Positions 24,817 to 35,336 of a stretch of 64,000 nt of DNA are shown piece by piece (within the stretch, counting starts at the first letter, position 1; every line of letters starts with the position of its first letter). This DNA comes from Anthoceros angustus. Taxonomy: Eukaryota > Plantae > Anthocerotophyta. The stretch lies in NCBI GenBank assembly GCA_010909165.1, contig MU008164.1:558001-622000 (forward strand). Reading direction: 5' to 3'. A program made the translations under genes and the position numbers. The notes beneath the pieces were generated by a model. It saw nothing but the letters and a program-made list of their open reading frames with translations. It did not search any database and was not told the DNA's origin.

Positions 24817-25398
24817 GTTGAGTGCTCAGTCTCCCTACTCCCTCTTTCTCCAAATCAATCCTCTGCTGGCCAGCGTTTCCATCCACTCTAGCTGCTCTCT
24901 CATCCTGCCCGTGCTTCGCCTGCGATTTCTCGGTGGCTATGGCGCAGGCAGTGGCATCCATGGCGGGACTGTCGCCGGCCGTTCTGGAAGGGAGCCTGGT
25001 GGTGAGCAGCGCCAGCCAGCTCAGCAGCAGCGCCGGCAGCAGCAGCAGCCGAGTCGCTCTGAGACGGGAGCCGTGGTTGCCGTGCGCTGCAGCGCAGTGA
25101 GAGTCGGAATCGCAGAGCAGACGGTCCATGCTCGGCCTGCTCGCGGCTTCTGTGGCGGCTGGAGCCTTGGCTTCCTCTGCGCGTGCGGAGCCCGCTCCTC
25201 CAGAACTCAAGCCGCCTCCTCCCTCTTCGGCGGCCTGCGTGAGTTCCCTCATTTCACCAGAATGCGGCACATTTGGCTTGCTTCTTGACAAGGAAGCTGA
25301 GGAAAATGCAGGACTTCTTGCAATGTCGAGACTCTGTGGAGCAGAGGACCTTGCAGTGAAGGAATCTTGCGGAAAGAGAAATTTGCGTTTTGAGTGCC
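24817..25398 (+). pseudogene. psbQ: Second partial psbQ copy (5' UTR, exon 1, most of intron 1) inside the copia RNase H region
   Basis: Matches 28952-29542; ATG at 24939; bounded by TTGAGTGC at both ends. Confidence 0.88.
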
Positions 25399-25657
25399 GG
25401 TGTTGCATTGTGATAGCAGTGCTATCCAATTGGCAAAGAATCCAGTGTTTCATGCGAAGACTAAACATGTGGATGTGAAGTATCACTTCATTCGAGAGGT
25501 GTTGGACGACAAGAGGGTACAACTTGTCAAGGTTCACCGGCCGAACCTAGATATTCTTACCAAGGGACTCTCTACGAGCAATTTGCACAAGCTCGGACAG
25601 ATGGGCATGAGATAGTCCATTCTCCTCTGAAGGTAAATTGGCCTTTAAGTGGGAGGT

Positions 25658-25914
25658 TGTAAGGGTATTAAAGCCCAATACTTAGACTAATACACTTAGT
25701 CTAAGTTAGGTGTCGATTAAGTATCATTAGTTTAGCTTAAGCTAATCACTAGGAAGCTTCTTGTGCTCCTTCCTAGCTTCTTGTGGAGCTTCTAGGGAGC
25801 CTATTGGAGGTATAAATACCCTCCAAGCCTCATCTCAATGTGAGAGCTACTTGCCTCCTCCTCCTCTCCTCTCCTCTCCTCCTTCCACCAGCATGGCTGC
25901 CCCACGATCCTTCA
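25658..25914 (+). repeat. Copia LTR 3
   Basis: TGTAAGGG...CCTTCA followed directly by the TSD CTTTC. Confidence 0.9.
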
Positions 25915-25919
25915 CTTTC

Positions 25920-26620
25920 GAGCCTCCTAGGCTATCCGGGCGAAGATAATTCGCCCAAAGTCTGCCCTCTTGGCCCTCAAGAGGGCCTGCAGGAAGACCA
26001 GCAAGTTATCCCCCAGGTGGTCCACCTTGGTGAGCATGTTCCAGTGGACGATGATTTTCGTCAATCGTCCATCGCGTCCACCTCCACCCTCCACCGCGCC
26101 ACGCTGTCGTAAGTCCACACCGCCTGGAAGATGTCCAGGTGCCACTCCTGCACAAGCTCGCACGCTTCGGCAAGCCATGGGCTGAAATCGGGGTAGCGTC
26201 GGGTTACTATGTTCCGCTTCACCAGGCGCCAGGGCTCCCAGACTTCTACCGCCTTCTTTGGCCCCATGTGTGCTCGCCGCTCGTTCTGCTGCAGAGGTAG
26301 GGTGGGCTGTGCTCCTAAACCCCAGAGAGATTGACGCGTCGGAAGGAGCCGAAGGTCACGGGCGTTGCGCCGAACCTTGGAAGAGAAACCGCCAAAGAGC
26401 AGGGTGTCTGATCGCGTGCGACTACGAGAACTGCCCAAAAGTCAACCGGGAAGATGACCTTCTCTCAAAGAACGGGCGAGGGCGTAATCGAGCGGAGGAC
26501 GTCTTGCCAAGAATCGCGAGTCCTGCGTCGTGTATTGTAACTTCACGCCCGCCGCCTTCTTGGCACATGTTCTTGGTCATATCGCCTATAACGTCACCGA
26601 CAACTCTGCGGTCTTGGTCC
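25920..26620 (-). pseudogene. 5' part of the accessory ORF interrupted by the copia element
   Basis: Frame continuity across the empty site (see 13030-14192); family not firmly identifiable. Confidence 0.5.
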
Positions 26621-29073
26621 ATCAGATGTCACCACATGCCGTCATCCACTCGGCACTGTCTACGTGTCTTACTTGCCAAATTACGCTCCACACCCGCTCT
26701 CCGGTTACTCCTTCCATCGGACTTACTTTAGTCCGCTCCGGAGTTTCTCCGGAGTCTACTCCGGAGTTCTTTGGAGTCCACTCCGGAGTTCCTGACGTTG
26801 TCCGGCAAGGGCCCTTCTTTCAGTCCTCCCCATCCATCGCGATCTAGTCCGTTCAACCTTATTCCCCCCCTTTCTGCCTTATTCCTCACACCAAATACCG
26901 AAAGAAACAAAAACAACTCCTATTACCTTCCTAAGGGGGAGTCTACCATTCTTCCCTTATCCACACAAGTGCTGAGGAACCTCGACCCTTGCTCCTCAAG
27001 AGCAGGGCATAGGTGATAAGTGGACCGGAGCGGACAAGGGAAGCCGGATGGCCAGCGGAAGGCGCGGAGAGCCTGGACTGGCCGGACCACATGGACGTGG
27101 ACGCGGAGGTGCTGTAGCTCAATATTTCACCGGAGCACGAGACTATACAACGATGGACTGCGGTTGTGCATGAGTGAGTGAAGAGGGAAGAACGGAGGGG
27201 AGGGACCCAAACGGGCGGACAAGAGGACGTGAACGAGTCCTTAAACGTTCGGCGATACTAGGCCTGTACGGTAGAACCTGAAATGGAATTTGAGTGGGAG
27301 AGGTGAGAGGAGAGTGCGCAGTAGAGAGTTTGGGCAGTGGTATGGCTGGTTCCGAGGTTGCAATCTCCGGCCATTGACGTTGCGTAGGGTGATTCATACC
27401 CCTGTTCGATTCGTCGGGATGGTCAGGTTGTACTTTGAGCATCGTTTCTAGCACAAGGCTTGCATCGCTAAGCGGTCGCCATAGTAGGTCTTGATCATTA
27501 ACCATGTTGGGCCACGGATCTGGGCGCTTGAGCGCCTATGAGAGCGGATCGGAAGGGGATCGGGGTCCGCTGCACACCCTAGTGGTTGGGGAAGTTCGGC
27601 GGCGGGGTCCGGCTAACGATAACGGCCTAGATTAGTTAGGAGCTCGGAGTAGGTAATTAATAAGCGAAACATTCCCTTGGGATTGAACCTTGTACTACAC
27701 AATACGGGATTTAGTGTGCGCCCGGCTGGTCCGTCAACGAAACTCCGCCCACATCCAACTACAAACTTCATGCTAACAAAAGGGTTGGGAGGGTTGGACC
27801 TGCCAGGTGCAAAAAGGCAAGCTAGAAAGGAGCTCATTCAGCTAAGTCAACCAGCAGTAAGCAAATCAAAGACTGAGATGTTAGATAGCCACCTTCCACT
27901 CTTGACAAGTCCTGCTGGCGGTGCTAGTTGATGAAACTTGGGTAGCATCAGGGGTAGATGGAGTGCTCTGCAGGCCCTGATGTGAGCTAATGCATACACA
28001 CATACGGAACAGCGTTAACGGGGACTAAGTGTCCATCAGTTTGATAGGCTTCAAGCTACCTGTTGAAGGTGGGAAATGACAATTTGGGTTAGCAGCAATC
28101 TTCTCAATGTAATAGTCCTACAACAGCATTTGATGAGCAATGAAAAATGGCCTGTACAGATGCTCAACCACAAGTCAGCAGCAACGGCAAGTGCACAACA
28201 CAACAATGGTTAGGCCTCATAGCAATAAAATTTTAGAAAACAATTCTTTTGTCAACACCCTCCGGTGAGGTACAATAATAACGAGGAATGAGAAGTGGGT
28301 AGGCTTCTCAGCCCTGCCCATTAGCATTCACAGACATACAGAATCCGCACAAGAGAAAGGAGTTTGGCCCAAGGGCCATGCCCTATTGCATTGGAAGGCC
28401 TACTGCCTACAGAAATTGAGAACTCTCTTGTAGTCCTCGAGCAGCTCATCATCTGCCTAGGACTCATTAATTTGCAGGCGGCTTCACAGAGCCCTATGTT
28501 CTAGTTTGCGCATAACGAATGCATACTCTATACTTAGCTACCTAGCCATGGGCCCAGCTTTGTAGAAGGTAGGGCCAGCCTTATATAATTTTCTTCTAGA
28601 AATCCCCAACTCGACATTAGGAATAGTTTCTTAAACCTTATCATATAATTAAATAATAAAAAACTTTCTGAATCTCTAAAACCGAATAGAAGGAATAAAC
28701 GTTATAATATAAAATAATAAAAATAATCCTCAAATAATGATCTCCTTATGGACCTATAAAGGATCCTTTCAATACTGCGCCCTTATCACCGCACTAGAGT
28801 ACCTTGGTAATAAACTGTGCTGTTGCTCAACAATTTGTGGCATTCAATTTGGAGACTCGGTTCATTTCTTCACTGGGCAGGAGATAAGGATTAGGATCTT
28901 GTGGGCCCGTAGCCCTGGTTGCCCATAGGCTGGTAACGTATTCTCGGTCACGTTGAGTGCTCAGTCTCCCTACTCCCTCTTTCTCCAAATCAATCCTCTG
29001 CTGGCCAGCGTTTCCATCCACTCTAGCTGCTCTCTCATCCTGCCCGTGCTTCGCCTGCGATTTCTCGGTGGCT

Positions 29074-30040
29074 ATGGCGCAGGCAGTGGCATCCATGGCG
29101 GGACTGTCGCCGGCCGTTCTGGAAGGGAGCCTGGTGGTGAGCAGCGCCAGCCAGCTCAGCAGCAGCGCCGGCAGCAGCAGCAGCCGAGTCGCTCTGAGAC
29201 GGGGAGCCGTGGTTGCCGTGCGCGCACAGCGCAGTGAGGAGTCGGAATCGCAGAGCAGACGGTCCATGCTCGGCCTGCTCGCGGCTTCTGTGGCGGCTGG
29301 AGCCTTGGCTTCCTCTGCGCGTGCGGAGCCCGCTCCTCCAGAACTCAAGCCGCCTCCTCCCCTCTTCGGCGGCCTGCGTGAGTTTCCCTCATTTCACCAG
29401 AATGCGGCACATTTGGCTTGCTTCTTGACAAGGAAGCTGAGGAAAATGCAGGACTTCTTGCAATGTCGAGACTCTGTGGAGCAGAGGACCTTGCGGTGAA
29501 GGAATCTTGCGGAAAGAGAAATTTGCTTGCGTTTTGAGTGCCATTTGTGCCGCATGCTGTGACAGCCGGGACAGAAAACGCGGATCAGGCTAGGGACACC
29601 GACCTGCCGTTGCGTGAGCGGTTCTACATTCAGAAAGGAGACTACAGCGATCTAGTTGCCAGAACTAAGGAGTCCGCAAGCCGGATCGTGGGTGTGAAGG
29701 AGCTCATCGACAAGAAGGCCTGGCCCTACGTCCAGAACGAGTTGAGAGTCAGTCCTTTGAACTTCGACTTGGACAAGATCCTCGCCACCAAGCCTAAGGA
29801 CGAGAAGAAGGCATTCAAGGCTCTTATCACAAGCCTAAAGTCCAGTATTGATTCGGTAAGTTAAACTCTTATTTGTTGGCTATCTGCCGGGTTTTACTCC
29901 ACATTCCTGCCGCAAAACATTCTCTGAAATTCCTTTGTTTCCAGCTAGACTACGCCGCCCGGGAGAAAAGCTCGTCGAAGGCTGAGAAGTATTACAACGA
30001 GGCTGTGGCCAAGCTCGAAGTCGTGGTGAACAAATTGTAG
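29074..30040 (+). CDS. psbQ: Photosystem II oxygen-evolving enhancer protein 3 (PsbQ), 3 exons
   Basis: Exons 29074-29377, 29566-29855, 29945-30040 (GT-AG, in frame). MAQAVASMAGL transit start, Tat twin-arginine SRR and A-X-A (ARA), PPPPLFGGLPGTENADQARD, KKAWPYVQNELR, LDYAAR...AEKYY. Confidence 0.95.
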
Positions 30041-30816
30041 TGGCCCTCCAGGACTATGACCTACACTGCACTGTAAGATACTTTGTCCAAATTGCTTCGC
30101 ATCGCCAGTGTGATGTGTCCAAATCCGTCCGTGACCGTTGGCTTTCTTGTTATCCCAGAATGGAACTCAGCAACTTCGTTCCGTGGTTAACAGAGTGAGG
30201 AACATGTCATCTACGCTTTCCGGGTTTTCAGTGCGCAGCTTCTTTCCTCCACGTTCCTCGACTCTTGTGTCCGTCTCTTGTTGAGGCGAGTGATATAGGC
30301 TCTTGATGGAGGCCTCTTGTAGCCTTCTTTATGTCTGAAGCTTGTACGTGTATCTTTATTTAAGTTTCCTCTTCTCAGTTTCTCTTGTTACTCGGTCCGT
30401 CGTGTTATTCAAGTTTCCTTCTCATTTTCTCTTGTTACTCAGTCCGAGCTATGCATTTTCTCTTGTTACCCAGTTGGCCGTGGCCGAAATAAACAGAACT
30501 CACACCTGAGTGACAAAACTTTCCTCAACAACTTGGCAGTTAAATCAATTGTTGAATTGAATCGCGAGTGTCTATCCTGGCCTTTGCCTGGGTGCGCAAA
30601 TACGTTCAGAAATTGTAAGACTGCTTGAACGCAGAAGGGAACATTATCTTTTAGTACCTTGGGATTCCAGTGTCGTGAAACCACACTTATTCCACTATAG
30701 TGAAGCACAATAGATGCCAATCTAGTTCAGACACTAGTTATCACACTTTATCTCACTCGGTTTTGAGTGAGATAATATCAACGCAATAGCCTTCGTCCCA
30801 TATAATCTTGTTTGTC

Positions 30817-30993
30817 GGCGTATCTAAGATATAAGCCACACTCCTCTTCACACTCACAAGCCCTCTCCGGCAGCTGGCACATCTAAAACATAAGCCACAT
30901 TCCTCTTCACACTCACAAGCCCTCTCACACAACTGGCGCATCTAAAACATAAGCCACACTCCTCTTCACACTCACAAGCGCTCTCACACAACT
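30817..30993. repeat. Tandem repeat, 3 x 59 bp
   Basis: ATCTAA.A.ATAAGCCACA.TCCTCTTCACACTCACAAGC repeated with 59-bp period. Confidence 0.9.
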
Positions 30994-31200
30994 AGGGCAA
31001 GTGCAACATTGTCTCCTTAGGCAATGCACTGTTCCTCTTCTCACCCTGGAGATCCTCTTCTCACCCTTCTCAAGTTCCATAATCGAGAGTTCCATGATCG
31101 AGATCCCTCTTGGTTCCTCATCAATGGGCCTTCCATACACCTGCCGAATGTGCTAGGCTGTCTCCTCCAATGCTTCCAACTCCGCCTGCGTTTGATTGAA

Positions 31201-31514
31201 ATTGAAGTGGCATTCCTCAATTAGCTCTAAGTTGGTGTAGGCCCAAAGGTGGCCATGCACCCATTGAGGTGGCATTCCTCAATTAGCTCTAAGTTGGTGT
31301 AGGTCCAATGGTGGCCATGCACCCATTGAGGTGGCATTCCTCAATTAGCTCTAAGTTGGTGTAGGCCTAATGGTGGCCATGCACCCATTGTGGTGGCATT
31401 CCTCAATTAGCTCTAAGTTGGTGTAGGCCCAATGGTGGCCATGCACCCATTGAGGTGGCATTCCTCAATTAGCTCTAAGTTGGTGTAGGCCCAATGGAGG
31501 CCATGCACCCATTG
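31201..31514. repeat. Minisatellite, 5 x 62 bp
   Basis: Units start at 31201, 31263, 31325, 31387, 31449; head-to-tail with no spacers. Confidence 0.95.
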
Positions 31515-31729
31515 TATAGCTGTATATTAGGCTTGCAAGCCTCCCGCCTGAAAGCCAACAAGTCCTTGGATGACACTTGCGAGGGGTGGCAGGTGAACTG
31601 TGGCATCTCCACTCGATTCCCTCCCTTCTTGGGTGCCTTCCTACCTCCTTCACTTCCTACCTCCTTCAAATCCCCTACCCTTCCTTGGCGTAGGTGTCTC
31701 CCTCATCCTACACAATTTAAGCAACACTT

Positions 31730-34700
31730 GGGAGCGATCAAACAAGCTTGACAGCTTAGCAAGGCCCCTTCACCTGACACTTGCTGCTCCAAGACTTCAC
31801 CCAAGGCTCAGTAGACAGCCCACCCTTGGCTCCTACACCCTCATGCTGCCTCAGGCCTAGGCAGCAGGCTCTTCAAGCTCCAGCAACGAGGTGTTAGACG
31901 TTGCACAATCAACACAAGTTATTCCCGAAAAATGCAGCTCCCATGACAGACTCCTAAATGGCACAGCTCTGGCTCTTGCCACATGCACCAGCAGCTTTCT
32001 AAACAACCTCAGTCTAGCGCCGGCACTGTGGCGCTTTTCCTCTTTAGCTAGTGCGCTCCACCAGCAGCTCCCACGCGCGCGCTCACCTCTACGCACTTCC
32101 CATCTCTCCTCACCTTCTACATCCCCCCCTGCTGGAGCCACTACCTATGCTCCTCATGGCGCACTCCGAGCTTGCTCCTCTCTCTGCACGCCGCTATCAG
32201 CTTCGGGGCTTGCCCTGACCTTCTTCGCAACCGCAAACTTCCTCCTCATGCACTGATCCCTCAAGCTTGCCTTGGATGCCTCCTTTTGCACGCTAAGCTT
32301 GTACGCCCACTCTCCAAGCTCGGAGAAATTAAGCATCCTACAAGCTCCTACCTTGACTTACAGCAAGGAGGGAGTGCACTCGTTAGCTTGCCAAGGAGTT
32401 AGGGAGAAAGGGAAGAGAGCTTCCCAATTAGTAAGTAATGCCTAAGCCCTGGCAAACCGTTGATTCTCACCACGTGGGTTTGGAGAGGGTTGCGTCAATA
32501 CTTGTGAAGGCAAACACTTTCGTTCAAGTTGCCTGTGCACACTTGCCACCGCACCAACACTCACATCAATTCTCTTTCAAACCACATGATTGAGCAATCC
32601 CGGGCGGCGGGCATACCACGACTGCCCCCATGTCGGAGATAAGTCGCACTTAGATCTGCAGCATTAGGCCCCGCGGACGAGAATTGGACAAGGTAAAGGA
32701 TGGTGAGGTCTCCTCAACCCTTCTTGATCAAACTCTTCACAGCTTACATTTCTTCTTGTCTTGTCTACCCATGGGTGGCACATGGTGCAAGTCAGATCTT
32801 AAATTCAAAATCTCATGGCTTGGCTACAGTTCGTCTCTGAACACCTAGCTGCACCACAACTATAGTGAGCGTCACAGTGGGTATCGACAGGTCCTCCTTC
32901 AGAGCCTCACTGAAATACTCAGCCATTTGGTCAAAATCCCCAGCTAGGGCGATCAACTCTCTTTCTTCAGATACTCCTGGCTCTCACTAGGGCTCGTAGT
33001 GGCCAGGCAGATGCTCTCTTATACTTGTGTTCGACTGCATCCGACAGGCTTTCATTCACTACAACAAAACGGGCAGATTTAAGACGTGGCGTATAGGACG
33101 CTGGCCCAGGGGTCTTTCTTGCGTGTTAAAAAAAAGACGGGTCTCTTCATTTGCGACGCATGGTCGTACCTTCCCGAAATGCTCCATGCTACTATAAGAC
33201 GTGTCCCAGCCCCATCTTATACGACGTGTTTGGATGTACGTTCAACTTGACCACGGGCGACAATCGGTTGCCGTTGCCAATTTAACGGGAACACAGGCGG
33301 CAAGCGGACATTCCGTTCAACGGACACTTTAACTGGCGCACTAGCGTTCTCCCGACCAACAGTGTGGATGGCGTCCGCTCAAACAGCTGTGGGTCTTCAT
33401 CCACTTATGTGCTTTCCAACGGCCTCGGATCACGTTACTGCCGATGGATGCGCCCAGATGAAATAGAGATATCCCAAAAATTATCATCCGTCCAGTTATG
33501 CGCCTTCCCCATGTTGGTGATATTTCCAGCGTCGTATGCGAGCATGGGAGCGATCAAACAAGCTGACTTAGCAAGGCCCTTCTTACGCCTCCAAGACTTC
33601 ACCCAAGGCTCGAGAGCAGCCCACCTTGGCTCCTACACCCTCATGCGCCTCGAGGCCTAGGCGTCAGGCTCTTCAAGCTCCAAAGAACGAGGTGTTAGAC
33701 GTTGCACAATCAACACAAGTTATTCCCGAAAAATGCGCTCCATGACAGACTCCTAAATGGCACAGGCTCTTGCCACATGCACTTTCTAAACAACTGCCTA
33801 GCGCAGCATGGCGCTTTTCCTCTTTAGCTAGCCCACCAGCTCCCACGGCCACCCCCTCACGCACTTCCCATCTCCTCACCTTCATCCCCCCTGGAGCCAC
33901 TACCTATGCTCCTCATGGCGCACTCAGGCTTGCTCCTCTCTGCCCGCTATCGCTCCGGGCTTGCCACGACCTTCTTCGCAACCCAAACTTCCTCCTCATG
34001 CACCGATCCCTGCTTGCCTTGGATGCCTCCTTTGCACGCTAAGCTTATGACGCCCACTCTCAAGCTCGAGAAATTAAGCATCCCATAAGCTCCTACCTTG
34101 ACTTACAGCGAGGAGTGCACTGCTAGCTTGCCAAGGAGTTAGGAGAAAGGGAAGAGCTTCCCAATTAGTAAGTAATGCCTAAGCCCTGGCAAACCGTTGA
34201 TTCTCACCACGTGGGTTTGGAGAGGGTTGCGTCAATACTTGTGAAGGCAAACACTTTCGCTGCCTGTGCACACTTGCCACCGCACCAACACTCACATCAA
34301 TTCTCTTTCAAACCACATGATTGAGCAATCCGGGCATACCACTGTCGACCTCCATGCCTGGAGATAAGTCGCACTTAGATCTGCGATTAGGCCCCTGAGC
34401 AGAATTGGACAAGGTAAAGGATGGTGAGGTCTCCTCAACCCTTCTTGATCAAACTCTTCACGACTTACATTTCTTCTTGTCTTGTCTACCCATGGGTGGC
34501 ACATGGTGCAGTAAGGATCTTAAATTCAAAATCTCATGGCTTGGCTCTGATTCGTCTCTGAACACCTAGCCGCACACAACTATAGTGAGCGCCATGGTAT
34601 CGACAGGTCCTCCTTGAGCCTCACCGAAATACTCAGCCATTTGGTCAAAATCAGCCTAGCTAGGGCGATCAACTCTCTTTCTTCAGATACTCCTGGCTCT

Positions 34701-35272
34701 CACTAGGGCTCGTAGTGGCGATGCTCTCTTATACTTGTGTTCATCGCATCCGGCGAACTTTCATTCACTACAACAAAACGGGTAAGGCGTGGCGTATAGC
34801 AGGACGGCCTGTGGGTCTTTCTTGCGTGTTAAAAACGGTCTCTTCATTTGCGACGCATGGTCGTACCTTCCCGAAATGCTCCATGCTACTATAAGACGTG
34901 TCCCAGCCCCATCTTATACGACGTGTTTGGATGTACGTTCCAACCAGCCAGCCACGGGCTGACAATCGGTTTGCCCGTTGCCAATTTAACGGGAACCTGG
35001 GCGACGAAACGGACATTCCCGTTCAACGGACACTTTAACCTGGCGCACCCCCAACGTTCTCCCCCGACCAACAGTGTGGATGGCGTCCGCTCAAACAGCT
35101 GTGGGTCTTCATCCACTTATGTGCTTTCCAACGGCCTCGGATCACAGTGCCTGCCGATGGATGCGCCCAGATGAAATAGAGATATCCCAAAAATTATCCG
35201 TCTCGCCCGTGATTATGCGCCTTCAAACCCAGTGTTCGGTGATATTATTTCAGCGTGTATGCGAGCATGGGA
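31730..35272. repeat. About 1.8-kb tandem duplication spanning flank DNA plus the left end of the CACTA element
   Basis: 31730-33545 is collinear with 33546-35272; junction at shared TGGGA; CACTACAACAAAACGGG occurs at both 33057 and 34766. Confidence 0.85.
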
Positions 35273-35336
35273 ACAATTGCACTGATACCGGTCCATCCTC
35301 GCGGTATTTCCATGTCGATTACCTAAAATTGCTAAT

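Larger units (their letters stand above)
20063..25615 (+). pseudogene. Copia gag-pol, unit 2, more degraded and interrupted by two psbQ-locus segments
   Basis: Collinear with 15188-19029 but with many extra small deletions; inserts at ~21836-23172 and ~24817-25398. Confidence 0.88.
14193..25914 (+). mobile_element. Ty1/copia LTR retrotransposon, tandem LTR-internal-LTR-internal-LTR structure
   Basis: Three ~250-bp TG...CA LTRs. 5-bp TSD CTTTC at 14188-14192 and 25915-25919. PBS-like CGGTATCGAGCC after LTR1 and LTR2; PPT AAGTGGGAGG before LTR2 and LTR3. Domain order gag-PR-INT-RT-RH. Confidence 0.93.

Noticed and set aside
27140-28110. Gypsy integrase tail or chromodomain
   Set aside because: Only vague similarity; motifs are not recoverable.
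31201-31514. CRISPR-like regular array
   Set aside because: 62-bp units are head-to-tail with no unique spacers, there are no cas genes, and the context is eukaryotic; it is a minisatellite.
31600-33050. LINE ORF1 or gag on the minus strand
   Set aside because: Coding-like but too broken; no clean zinc knuckle or other diagnostic motif could be read.
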